From assembly GCA_951406725.2 (NCBI GenBank), contig OX597815.1, positions 90,954,001 through 91,018,000 of the forward strand: a stretch of DNA of 64,000 nucleotides. The letters run 5' to 3'. Both the position numbers and the translations under genes were made by a program. A model generated the notes under the pieces. It was not told the DNA's origin. It searched no databases and saw only the letters and a list, made by a program, of their open reading frames with translations. The DNA is from Octopus vulgaris. Its lineage: Eukaryota. This document shows, piece after piece, positions 46,482-61,152 of this stretch. Positions within the stretch are counted from its first letter, which is position 1. Every line of letters begins with the position of its first letter.

Positions 46482-48689
46482 GACCCAAACTCTTTAATTC
46501 ACTTGCAGATTAGAATTAATAATAACGCTCTTGTTTTGTTATTCTCGCATTCTTTCATTTTCTTTCTCATGTTCTCTTTCTATCTATACACATCAATCTC
46601 TCCTTTTCTCTCTCTCTTTCTCTCATTCTCTAATTCTATTTATTCAAATAGAAGAATTTGTTCTACACTTATGCCATGTTTCCAATATAGCTTCGCATTA
46701 TGCTTCACATTATTACATGTTCATATGATTTACGAGAATACATTAAATGAAGGAATGCATTAAGTTAAAAATATAATTCCTTACACTTAAGATATGAAGT
46801 CATGGATTCATTCGACAGTGAATGTACAAATGTAGATGGACAATTTTTATTCTTTTCATTTGTTTTGGCGAAAAGATCTACTCCAATAATTTCCATACGC
46901 ACCTTAAAACCGGTGAGATAGTCGCGCGGTCAAATACCTATCAAAAGGTTATGTATATCATTTACAAATTTGCTTAGGTTCGGTAAACTTCACTGTCAGC
47001 ATTGCACAAAACTAAGGTTTATTTACGAGTCATGGACATATAGCTGTTTGAATACATCCAATATCACTAGTAAGAATTCGAAGTTAGAGGAACAAAAATA
47101 AATGAATCTTGTTATTTCGCCCAAATACGCAACTACGATTATAAAATATAAAATTTCTCGCATGAATTTTGAGGAGTGTTTCACGTGATTGAATGTACTC
47201 CCGTTCAAGAGGATTGTTAGGTATTTATTTTAACAACGAAAGATTTCAAAACTATGCAAAATCAAAACAGAAAAGATTTGAACTCTAAGTAAAAATAAAC
47301 AATTCATTAAATGTTACAGGGTTATTCAATTTCATTGCATTTATCACATTCATTCATTTGGTAATCTCATGCGAGATTTCTCTCAATTCAGCCATGATAC
47401 AGTTAAGTATGTGTGTATATGTATAGTCAGTATAGTTGTGTACGTGTGTGTATGTGTGTGCCTGTGTCTGTGAGTGTGAGCGTGTGTGTGTGTCTAATTA
47501 TCTATGCATATTTATGTATGTGTCTTCATATGTATATGTGTATATATTGAAATATAAGTATGTATATGGTTACTTGTGAAAATTGTCCAACCGACATATT
47601 TTGAAAATATTGCATTATCACGTGACACTGAATTAATTTCGATAGTTGAAAAAGAATAATGTTAATTACACTTTTTCAGATATATAAAGAGAAAATGTGT
47701 GATATATACTTCAATCAGAAGTATAAACATATGCATACACACACGTACGGACACACACATTCATACACACACACTCACACGTACTCACACATACACGCAT
47801 ACATACAAATGTATACACTTTGGAAACAATAATTAATATTTATTTAGAAGAATGCGCACAAATTCGTTTCTTTCTTAATTAGAATTCATCAGAGAATTTT
47901 TTGATGACTTCTAATTAATTGCAAGTACGATAGTGTTGGCAGAGAACGCGCTTAGTATGATATTCATCCGATATTGTTAAAATAAATAGTAGGTAGAATC
48001 GTATTGATGCTATACAGGCGTCGTGACAATAAGATTCAGAGAAACTATACATATCTATGAACAAAGAACATAGGAAGAACTGAACCTACAAGTCTAAGGG
48101 CATGAAATGTAAGAGTTCTAAAATTCCCCTGTTACTTGTAACAGCATTATTTGAAAGAGTTTACCGATACAAGTCGATGACCTTAAAGATGAGTGCATTA
48201 TACTTTATATTCTCGTCGCTTAGAAGTTATACCAGTAATACATTGCGCTTAATTCAATTGAATAATGTTTCCCACATTCTTTCTCTTCTTCCTCCTCCTC
48301 CTATTCCTCCTTTACTTTCACTGTCTTTTGTTCACAAAAAGGCTTTGTGCTTGAGGAAAAAAGATCAATATCGGTTATCTATGTAAGCACCCCAACAAAA
48401 GAAATATTATATCTAATCTTCACATTTAACAAATGTGGAGAAGTTTCACTGTCTGATTCGCTTGTAAAGCCATTTGTTATTTTACAGTTCCAAGAAAGTA
48501 GGCTTTTAAGCCAACTGTCAAAGAAGCATCTATAAAAGCATTCGTTTTGATTTTCTTTCTTTATCTTCTTCCTCTTCAGTTGCTATTTCCAAATCGCTGT
48601 GTGGAGATGACGTTATTGCTGGCCTTCCTACTAAATCGTCAAAACTTCACACAGACAAAAGAGCATTAGCAAAAAATATCATTCGCACA

Positions 48690-49090
<401 letters not shown>

Positions 49091-50584
49091 AGGTAAGTGT
49101 ATATATACTTATGTACGAACGAATTTGTTCCGTATTCAAAAAGCTGAATATTCTAATAAAATATCTTCTATGACCAGGGGTTATAAACCCTTATTTGAAA
49201 ACTTGAAATATACCTTCCATTAGGAAGCGGTCTTGATATATATAAATATATAAATAACGACTTTTTTCCCCAGATCACTAAAACTTCCCCAGTTAAATGC
49301 AGAAATATAAGAAACTTCAACAGATATGGTTGCATATTTAACAATATTTCTCCTCCACCTTTGCTTTTTGTTATTGTGGCTGCAGAACAATTGATGGAGA
49401 GTCGAGAAATATTAAATTACTTTTCTCAATAGTTTCTTTTTTCTATTTCCAGAACTAAAACTTTTATCTTTTTGCTAAATCTATTCATTCAAAACATTAT
49501 GGGTTTATTTTCTAGTTTCGTCAAATAGTTTTATTGATTAAGCACATAATGTTATGGATTATATTGGTATATCAAAATAATTCATACAACATACAATGTT
49601 CACAATTTTTCCTTTGATTACTGGACTGAAATTCCTGTTTGTACTTTGTTTACATAAGAATCCCGATTGTTACTTTAAATTATAATTGGTTACTAATGAT
49701 CATTTTCACTCTGGCTTTAATTGATTATACATACACAACTTACACAATCGCGTGAGTGTATATGTGTGTGTATATGTATATATGTTTGTACATACGTATA
49801 TGTGTGTGCTCATATTACACACATACATACATACATACATACATATATATGATTACATGTATGTATGTATGTATGTATGTATATATATGTGTGTGTGTAT
49901 ATATATATATGTATGTATACATATATCTACATATGTGTTTATGTGTGTATTTGTGTGTGTGTATATATGTGTGTTTGTGTGTGTGTGTGTGTGTGTGTTT
50001 ACGTGGGTGTGTGATTGCGTGTAAAATATATGAAGAATAGATATGTGTTTACTCGGAGCATAAATGTAATAAATAGGATTTGTTATTTTGCATTCTAGGG
50101 TCATAGGCATTCATCAAAGACTTAATAAGTATATTTTTCTTATTTTAGAACTGGATTAAAGACAAAATGTAACGTTCAGGTCTTTCATGGAAACAGTAGA
50201 CGAGGAAGTGAAACATGTACGACACGGTATTGTGTTCAAACCTTAGGTGCAGATCTCAGTCTCGATTTTCTTGACCTCGCTCATGCGGTAAAACTCGAAT
50301 CAATTCGTTTCTATAACTCCGAGGTCATGTAAAAGCTATTACATTACACTTTCTGTTAGAATAAATAAGTAATATTTTCTATTCGCCGAAAACTTTCTCA
50401 CCCTCACAAAAGACTCTTTTTATTCTCAACCATGTTGATAACCCAGTACGTAGATGTCACTTGAGTAAAATTTTATAAGTAAAATGTAGTAGGAAAAAAT
50501 GGTGTAGTATCCCTTACTATAAATACATGCCTGTTTACATACAGGCATATATATATATATATAAATATATATATATATTCCTTT

Positions 50585-50999
50585 ATTCTTTCATTCTTTT
50601 ACTTGTTTCAGTCATCTGACTGCGGCCATGCTGGAGCAGCCCTGTGAAGGTATTTTAGTCGAATGAATCGACCCCCCTCCCAGTACTTCTTTATTTCTTT
50701 TTAAAGCCTGGTGCTTATTCTATCGGTCTCTTTTTGCCGAACAGCTAACTTACAGAGACGTAAGCAAATCAACAGTGGTTGTCAAGCGCCGATAGAGGTA
50801 CAAACACAAAGCCACAAAGACACGTAGATATATGCATACGATGGGCTTCTTTCAATTTCCGTCCAACAAATCTTCTCACAAGGCATTAGTCGAACCGAGA
50901 CTATAGAAGACACATTCCCAAGGTGCCACGCAGTGGGATTGAACCCGGAACTATGTGGTCGGGAAGCAATCTTCTTACCACACAGCCACGTCTACGCCT
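50585..50999 (-). mobile_element. SINE family B, full copy
   Basis: Minus strand reads AGGCGTAGACGTGGCTGTGTGGTAAGAAG..GGGTTCAATCCCACTGCGTGGCACCTTGGG; homologous to 2828-3217. Confidence 0.88.
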
Positions 51000-52485
51000 A
51001 AATAAAAACAATGTGTGTGCGTCTATGTGTATACATGTGTGTGTGTGTATACATATATATATGCATTGATATCTGTTTTTACATTCAATTTTGCATAAAT
51101 CTAATGGATTACTTCATACGTTTGCGGAGTACAACAGAAGCAGTCATCTTTTGTTGAAGAATAATGTTATCAATTAGTGCTGGTTCCCGTCCATTGAACA
51201 TGTCAAAGCATATCCCATCTTTGTTAACAAGGTGAGGGGTAAGATAACGAAATGCCTTTGCAGTTTAGTTATTTGCACTAGTAAGCACATCCGCTCTTTA
51301 TTCTCCTGTCAAAAGCAGTATAATTTCTCTCAGCGACATATTTCGCATACTACTTGCACATTAATCATTATTAGCTTACCAACAACTTTAGTTCTGTTTA
51401 GAGTTTACTGAAACCAGTAACAGCATCATCAAAACACCATGATACATTTTTTTTTTATCCTGAACTTATCTGTAATTATGGTGGTGCTAGAACGTGCGAT
51501 AAACCTTATATAATATTCCAGCTTCCTCTTTCCCCCTCCCCCATTGTTCTGTTACGATAAAGCCATTCTTTCATTCAGTTTTCCTTCTCAGCAAAGATTC
51601 CTGTTCACTCCGCAATGTTATTATATTTCCTTAACCGCAAGTTCGCAGCCGATGCTTCTATTTAGATATTTATTTTTCACTTCATCTTTGTGTCACTGCT
51701 TCCATCCATTACTGCTTTAGATACAGTTAAGCAGTTATTCCAAAGGCAGAAATCCCTCCCTCTCCCTCACAGAGACACTGCTTTCTATATATGAGGTTTT
51801 ATTCATTTATATTTCACTTTTCATAACTATGCTTTCTTTATTACCTTATCTTTTATGATATTTTAAACTTTTTTCAATTATTCTTCTGCACCCAATCAAA
51901 AGCTTTCATGTTGTTCTTATCTTCATAAATATATACATTTCAAATAACAGATTTCTTGTAGCACTTTTTTATTTTTTGTTAGGATTGGAGGCGTAAATCA
52001 AAGTTATGTGTCAGCTTCAATAAATATAACTTACGCTCACCTGCATGCACAGAAACGCACTCAAATACACACACACACACGTGTGTCTGAGTGTGTGTGT
52101 GTCAGTGTGTGATGGTGTGAGATGGCCGAACGAAATTAGTACGTTGAACAGAAATACAATTTTGCATTTAGAGACGTGTGGGTGATGTCCCTTTGTACCA
52201 ATTTTTCCCTTGTATCGAAGTATGGGGTAAATATAATCATATAATATCATAGAAATCGGTGCTCCAGCATGGATGCATTTCAATGAATATAACTAGTAAA
52301 AGAAGACAAGATTATATTCTATTGGAATTTTATATGGTATTTCATTCACATAACTGTGAAATCCAAATAGAAATGCATTACTGATGAGAACCAAATCGAT
52401 CAATAGACAGTGTACATGTTTCGAATAAACATAGTCTATTGTCTTCTAGATAGATATAGATGCCATTTATATAGGTGTGTATGTA

Positions 52486-52517
<32 letters not shown>

Positions 52518-52523
52518 TACAGG

Positions 52524-52610
<87 letters not shown>
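52524..52610. repeat. (GATA)n microsatellite
   Basis: Read directly; others are at 54176-54243, with (TACA)n at 54620-54700. Confidence 0.96.
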
Positions 52611-54130
52611 TTGCTGAAAAAGGTAAATATTCTACGTATATTGCATTGCATATGTTATAACAGTGGACTAGAAAATTTATATATAACAAAAACGAATTAT
52701 TTTACTTTCCTTCTAGGGTAAAAAAAAGAGAAGACAACTCTCTCTGTTATGTTATATATACATGCATCTATGTGTGTATGCGTCTCTGTGTCTGCATGTA
52801 GACATATCGATCAGAGGATTATCAACTATATGGATTTCGGTGGAAATTGTGAGGTCTTTACTTTGCAAAGGTATATTATTGTCCAAAGTAAATTGAAAAT
52901 GTTACAATCGGGAACTTCAGAAACTGGGTCACAACTAAGCTTCTATGAGGAGAGCCTTTACTGTATATAATTGCACAGCCATCGCCAGACTGTCTGTTGG
53001 TGTTGACAAGTTTTGAGTTAATATGACTCTTTATTCGAACTTGAAGAATTGTTGCGACGGGATAATTATTGGTCCCCTGGGTAAAATAAGGCGGCGGGGA
53101 AGCATTTATGTATATGTAATGGAAATAGATTATTAGAATTAGTAAATATTTTGAAAGGATAATGGATGATAAATGGAATGGTGGAGGAGGGTCAAGAAAC
53201 ATGAAAAAAAAGAAAAGGAAACTGCTTTTAGGTATATATCGGGTTAGCAAAGGAAAGCTGAACAAATAACGAAGATAATATAAAGGAGACGTTAAAAAAA
53301 GCAATTTTACAGATCTACCCAATCAATGCCAATCAAAGGTTGAATGTTAAAATGTGTCTGGTGACGAGAGAACGAGATGTTATTATCGAGAGTTATCGAA
53401 AGAGAGAAAAGAGAAGGAGAAAAATATCTGAAAAGATAAAAAAAAATAAAAGCAGAATAAATGCATTTAAAGAATAAAATTGTTTTCACTTTTGTTCAAT
53501 ATCGAGATTCTTTTTACTGGAAGGGGGAAAAATGCAAAACATTATGTTAGCGAAAGTGTCAATAATGAAACTAAATACTCTATTTTAGACATTCAGTTGA
53601 AGTATGATTCCATCCAGACAAAACTTAAATAGAAGAAAAGACCAAAAAATACCGAACAAAATATAACAGCGACACTTCCTAAGCAATGTACACAAGGGTA
53701 GGTAAGATGGAACATGAGAATTCCTTTTCATTGGAAATGCTTGAGAAGCTACATGGTATAACGTGATATAAAGACAAAAAAGACACAAGTACAACTACCA
53801 TCACAAAACCATCATATCGACAGAATGACATTTCAATGGAGTTATCAAGAATCCTTTTCGTTGTTTTTTTTTCTTCTGACTGAATTTTGTTTATTTTACA
53901 CACACATGTGGAAATAGCGTAAATACATTCACACGGACACACGCATATTTTCATGCAAATGTTATAGACATGTATGTATTTTTTCTATAAGTCTTGTGTA
54001 TATGTATATATGTATATGTGTGTGTTTATATATAAATGCATATTATTTTCATTATGGACTTACATGCTTATATTTCAGTATTTACGCACAAACCCCCACA
54101 CGCACATGCATAAAGGTGTATAAGTATGTG

Positions 54131-54178
<48 letters not shown>

Positions 54179-54189
54179 TAGATAGATAT

Positions 54190-54243
<54 letters not shown>

Positions 54244-54409
54244 TCATATGTATATATTTTATATATACATATGTGTATGCGTGTACGTATATATATATTT
54301 TAAAAATATATATTTTTGATAAGGTTTGTTTTTTTCAAGAACTGAAACGTGTAAAATCTCTCAGAAAATTAAAATTTATCTTATATAGTGACGTTTTCAA
54401 ACTTCTTTT

Positions 54410-54469
<60 letters not shown>

Positions 54470-54616
54470 TGCACATATACTGGAATATATACATATATTG
54501 ACATATATTGAAACCTGCATCTATATATAAGCTTTCACGTATACATATGTTCACAAACAAATTACACGTGTCGATGTACAAATATACATACATGTATACA
54601 TATATGCATGCCATAC

Positions 54617-54647
<31 letters not shown>

Positions 54648-54669
54648 CATACATACATACATACATACA

Positions 54670-54705
<36 letters not shown>

Positions 54706-55679
54706 TATGGGTACATGCATATAAGCATATGTACATACATTTGTTTATCATGTCGACTCGTGCCATTGTTGCGTTGTTAGTTCTTAGTTTTAATGGTTAA
54801 TTACCAGTTTTGACATGGCAACCACTCCAGTTGACTTACACATACTTCTTACCCTTGAAGCCACAACTTCCAAATGCGCAATGCTTTTTTCTTTTTCTTT
54901 TTGATTTTTTTCTTTTTACATTTTTGAATTTCTTTTTTTTTCTTTGGAAAGCTTACAACGCACAATGCATGCTGGGAAGACAAGAAGAAACTGAAAAGCA
55001 TTTTTGAAAATACTGTTTGTTCCTGAAAGGCAAGATCTATTATTACTGAGCTAGCATTTTGTCATTCGTTAAAAGAAATTATTGAAATAAAGTATTGCAG
55101 ATGTAAAGAAATAAATAGATAAATAAACACATAAATAAATAAAGCTTTCGTTACTTTTTTTTATATTTTTTGTTTGTAATGTTCCTCTGTTGAAGGAGTG
55201 GCAACTTTTTCTGATGATCTCTTAAAACGTGAAGCAATTTTGAAAAAATTCTTAAAGAGAAATATTTGTTTTTATTCCTTCTTTTAATTTTGCTTTACTA
55301 TTTATTGCCCTCTGTTGTTGGGTGTTTTGTTCGTTTTAAAATTCACGAGCTGCGTGTGTTTGGTATCACAAGTGATATAACTGATATAACAGATGATACA
55401 CACCTTAATCATGAACAATCGACAGGTCATCAGCATGACCTCTCGATTACTAGAAATAACAAGATTTCCGCCTAATCACATCCGGCTGCCTTAATCAAGA
55501 AGGAAAGCATTAAATAATATCATCCCTGATATATAAAATATACCTGATGGTTACGGATGTTACACCTTTGTTCCGATCACAAATCACATAGCTGATCCGA
55601 ACCTAAACTAATCATGAATAACGGTAATAACAGCAGTAAGCACAGTTATTTTAAAATCTCCCCAAATCTAATAAGGAAA

Positions 55680-56445
55680 GAGGCAGAGGCGACGAGTTGG
55701 CAGAATCATTATGGTAGCGGAAGAAATACTTTGGAGTATTTCTTCTGCACTTCAATCTCGTCAAGATCAATCATGCTTTCGGTGTCAAAAAATAAAGTAG
55801 GAGTCAAAAACTGGGATTCATGGTATCGACTAATCCCACTTTCTTCAAAAACTGCTAGCCTTGTACCTAAATCAGAATCTATTATCAAAGGGTAAGTTTA
55901 CAGAATTTTGTTGTAAGGGAACAGTCGATTATATAGAGCACCGCACACGAATGAAATTTGTTTTATTGACTCTGGAAAAAGAAGTACTAAGTCGACTTAA
56001 CTAAATGCAGCAACGTATTTTGCTAGACATTCTAATAATTCCTTATTTAAGCACAAGTCCTGTAATATTGTTTAAAATTTTGGACACGAGCAAAACTTCC
56101 GGGGCAGAGAGTAAGTCGATTTAATCGACTCCAGTGCTCAAGTGGTAGATATTTTATCGACCCTCAAAGGATGAAAGCCAAAGTCGACCTCGGTGGAATT
56201 TAAACTCATAACGCTAAGACGGACAAAATACCGCTAAGCTAACGACTCTACCAAAACGCCGCCTTACAAGGCCAGTAATATTGAAGAGAAGTTAAATACA
56301 TCGACCATCCGTACTTGGATAGTGCTTTATTTTATTGTGGAAGGACGAAAGGCAAAATAGACCAAAGCGAGATTTGAACTCAACATGTACAGAGCTCGAA
56401 CAAATACAGCAAATTATTTTTCTAGATGCTCTAACGATTCTCCTC
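55680..56445. mobile_element. Cluster of diverged SINE family A copies in both orientations
   Basis: One + copy at ~55685-55890 and - copies at ~56070-56265 and ~56270-56440. Further relics at ~57610-57980, 59700-59900 and 62820-63250. Confidence 0.7.
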
Positions 56446-59400
56446 TATAATAATGATTTATTACATAAGCACAGGACCATACATTGAAGATAACGAAGAA
56501 AAAAGAAGAGTGGGAGTAGAAAAAGGAAATAAGTAGAAACTAAGTTAATAAAATATATAAATAACGTCATTTTGAATCCACCTCCTTAGAAACATATAAT
56601 CATAAATTATTTCTTTGCATAGCAGGGGAAGATGATCGCATTCAATATATAAAAAGTCAATGTTTTTCAAAATAAATATACAACAGCTACTCAAAAATAT
56701 CCAGAAAGAACATTCAGTGAAATATTGAAAATACCATAAAACGATAAAATAATTATTTTTAATGAAACAAAATCCTATGTACCTATATTAAAGTAAAATG
56801 GCAACAAAATTAAGTATAATTAATAGAAATCCATAAGGCATATTAAAAACCTGAAGCTAAGTTTTCCCTTTGATTGATACCAAGTGAAATTTTGCAAAGA
56901 TAGGAAATGGACGAAATTGAGAGGAAACTTAATGAATCTAAGTATATTTCTAAGGAGGTTGAGTAAATCCGTATTCACTGCGTTGGCAAGATTCGGGGAA
57001 CTCTGTATGATCATTCAATGGATAGAAATAGCAGTTGAATCTGCGTCACTCAAATTACTCACTACCATTTAAAACGCACTTTGGCTAATACTGTCCTATA
57101 TAGAGTGTTTTTTAATAAAAAGATGGTGTGGTCGTAAATAGAACACCTTGGATAAGAGATCTGTTCGATTATGTCTGACCTGGGGCTAAAAGCAAGAATA
57201 CTAAAAGTAAAAAATAAAAATAACTGGTGTATCATGGGAAATCAATCCTAGGATGAAAATTGAAACTTTTCCTCAATTGAGGAATTCAGCCCAAAAATGT
57301 AATATAATTCTCGTCTGGGTGATTTACTAATAGTGGAGCTAAGTAACATCAGTGGTTATTCCTGAAAAATAAAATAAAAAGCAGACCGTATATGTGAAAC
57401 ATTAAGCGCAGGAAATCAACCGACCAATATCCTATTTGATTTCTGACCAATGGTTACAGTGTTATACGCTTACACCGATGGATATCTTATCATTTCAACC
57501 AAGTAATTGCATGTTATGTGTACAAAGAAAGTGTTTTAATAAATATAGAAAATCATTGTTTAGCAAAATGCTATGCCATTGATACTTTTGGTAGAATAAG
57601 TTTATTAATAGGCACAAAGTCTCAGACTTGGGAAATGTTATAATCGATGAAAATGACTTAGTATTCGACTAGTATATATGTTACTGATCCTGTAGGAAAG
57701 AACGGTAAAGTTAACCTTGATAAGAATTGAATTCAGAGCATGAAAGTACACAATTGAAAATGACAAGGCGTTTCTTCCGTAATTCAACTGTTTCTGCAAA
57801 AGTTTTAATTAATATTACCATGTTTCATTTCAATATTACCATGCCCTCATTTCAAATGCTTCTGATAACTCGACGTTGCTTTTTCTACTTCCGGTGACAA
57901 TGCAATAAGTAACAGTTAGCTCCTGGGAGTCGATCTCGATCGACTTCCATCGCTATCCCCGCATTTCAAAATAGAACTGAGGATATTTTAGAAATCTATA
58001 TTTCAATACTTTAACACCTATGCCAAGAATATAAAAGTAGAGAAAATACACTTATATGATCGAACAGGTCACGTTGAATATTGAATTAAATGTCTGCTAT
58101 TTCAAAACTGAAGTTAGATTTCCCAGTGAGAATCTTTTATTCAAACATTAATCGAAACTTAACCATGAACTCAGCTGAGAGGGAAACATTATAATACAAT
58201 ATTGGTCTTTATTGGTCGGGAAGAAAGTGTGATATTGCTACAAATGTTCTTAGCCTTTAGCTTCAAGTCAGCTTTAATTGGACAGATCTATGTTCAAAAG
58301 CTTTCCAACGTCCTAAACGTGGCCATCTTGTATTTTAGTCACACATTATATATCTAAGACTACATTATTCAATGTATCCTGCCTCTTCCTTTTTATCAAG
58401 ATGGTGAATTCCATCTAGCGTTTCTCTATCCAGCCACCTTTACGTCTCCTAAATCCAATGTGTACTCACTTAAGACGGTAATATTTAACATTGGGGGAGA
58501 ATTGACTGTTAATTCACGCAATGCAGTAAAAGAGATCCCTTTTTGTCGAAAAAAGTAATATTTTGCCTGAAAAATAAAAATAAGATGTTGTAAAAGGAGA
58601 TTTTGTGTCGAATTGGCTGCAGAGAGTCGACCTGATAAGTGTATGACTTAAGCTATGCTACTAAATAAAAGTTATAATGTATTCAGAGCAAAGTTTTGAA
58701 TAATAAATCGATCCATTTATCTCATAGCGGATGAAAACAAAGTGAGAGAGGTATACTACTTTCTGTAATATTTGTTATTATGAAACATCAATTGAGCATA
58801 CGTAATCATGATCATCTTTGTTTTTTCTTATTCTCAATATGTTTAGGATTACCTTATGCAGTTTGTCCTGCTTCCTCAACAGGCCGAGTGCTCCGTATGG
58901 AAGTCCACTAACTAACTCGTGATCTTTCAATTAAGTTTTTATTTTGGTGCAAGATTTACACAAGAGGGCACATTAGATTAAATCGACTCGACATATTATT
59001 GGTACTATTTTATTCAGGGCTGATAACCAATATTATCCTTGGTTAGAGCTGATTTGAAATAGAAAATAATGTAACTCAATATCCCGAGGTATTTTTTTCT
59101 GGCCCTCCAGAATTTCTTCTACTAATCACCCTTTCATTCTTTAAATATCGGTTTCTCCCATTGTCATAGAATAACAAATTTGCAGGTTGTTTGATTTGAC
59201 TTTATACCAGATACACGTAGTATTTTGAAAGGCAACGTTGACACTAATAAAATTTGCATTCAGTATGTAGAAATGATGTCAAAGGCTACGTTACATTTCG
59301 ACTTCCCCAAAATATGAACTTAGGAGGAATAGTAGAACACTTGACTATATTATCTACAACAGATATATTCCACCACCTTTTATGTTCAAATTATACAAGA

Positions 59401-60834
59401 AAATTCCCTAAAGAGACGATAAGTAGCAGCAGGGTAGTTAGACTGTATCTATTGACCACACCTTTTCTAAGGAAAAATTTCCATATTTGCAGAAGAGAGA
59501 CAGAATTAATATTGAATTTATACTATCACAAACCGAGTCTGTGATTCAGTTCTTAGTTCTGATCAATGCAAATTCACTTTACTTCTGCTGTAAATACTCT
59601 TGCTAAAAAGAATAAAATTCTATTTCTATCCTCTCTTTAAAAATATATGATATTTTTGCCAAGACATAAAGAAACGGATAGATCAAATATATAGCGGTAA
59701 AAAGAAACTGAGACAGTAACGTCGGACTAACGAAGTACGGTATTTAGATTCGCTCTTCTACTTTGTGAGCTGAAAACATTCCGGAATTGACTTTGTCTTT
59801 TTTCATCTCTTACCATTTGATAAATAAATAGCAATAATGTACTGGAATCGATAAAATCTACAATGTTCTTCCTTTAAAATATCGCTTTGTGTCTGAAAGA
59901 AAAACAATTGTAATTTCAAATTTAGATTAAACCTACTTTACTCAATTTCACTATACTGTGTAGCTAAGGATTGATAATACATCGTTTACATGAGATATTT
60001 TGGCCAAATTTAAGATAAGCAAATGTTTATTTTATTTTTTCGACAACTATTTATCTATGAATCTATTTGTTTTTGGTTTGTTTTAACTTTTTTTTATAAC
60101 GCAGGGTAATATTTTTATTTTATGTTAAATATCTTTGTTGTTAGAATTTTATTATAAGATCTAACAAATAATTTCCTCCAAAGACTCAAAAAACATAATA
60201 ACTTTAGACAATTTCTAACATAAAAATACAACTTTCTTCATGGAAACAAAGTTTGAATTTAATCAATAAATCTATTTTAACATCTAACTACATTCAGATA
60301 ATTTCATATATTTGCAACTGAGGTTGAAAAAAGGGTTTCTAATTTTTCTTTCTTCGTGTCACTGAATTTCTCCTGGAATCTTATGTCATTCTGTTTGCTT
60401 CAGATTTAACAATAGGAAAGCTTAGAGTTTCATTATAAAATATATATCAATTATGGGGCAAAGAGTTATGTCTAGCACGTTTGATTGATTTTTAATCTGC
60501 AAATGTTTGTATTAAAATCAGCAGGTGTATTTTATTTTCAGATACTAGAGATGATATATATATTTGTAGATGTTTGTGTATGCGTATGTGTGTATGCGTG
60601 AGTTGAATGTAAGACCAGGAGAAGAAAGTAAGGAGCTAGACTGAGTCCTTTCAGATTTACCTCTTATACCTATACGCACTGAGTTCAATTTCCACTTTAG
60701 ATCAATTCAGCCGTAGGTACGGACTTACTAACTATTCAGTTCAATCACAGTGTACAAATTCTTCTACAGCCTGGGGATGAAAGGAAAACGGGTATCATAA
60801 CGACAAGCTAACTTTTCGTTGATTTAGTAAGTCA

Positions 60835-61152
60835 GTTAAGAGCCTCTTCGGTTATGAATGACCATGGGATTGCACCTAGAAAGTTTACCTCCAAGGTGTT
60901 TATGGAAGACCAACAGTAGCACATACATACCAGCTTCCCCTCTCCTTGCCACCGGTGTTATCCAAGGGAACGGGAAACGCCGGTACAGTTTGGCACTAGT
61001 AACGTTGCAACTCATTTCTACAGCTGAGTGAACTGGGGGAACATGAGATAAAGTGTCTTGCTCAAGAATTCAACATACAGCCCGGTCCCGGAAACGAACT
61101 TCTTACTTCATGGCTGGGAGCCCGACGCTCTAATCACTGAGCCATGCACCTT
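60835..61152 (-). mobile_element. tRNA-derived SINE family C
   Basis: Minus strand reads GGTGCATGGCTCAGTGATTAGAGCG (A box), GTTCGTTTCC (B box), then CTTGAGCAAGACACTT..CAGTTCACTCAGCTGTAGAAATG. Confidence 0.8.

Noticed and set aside
47850-47900. Hammerhead-like core on the minus strand (CTGATGA..GAAAC)
   Set aside because: The stem II closing pair is mismatched, and there is no stem III or NUH cleavage triplet.
50149-50332. 60 open codons after a TTTTAG acceptor
   Set aside because: No recognisable homology, and the length is compatible with chance.
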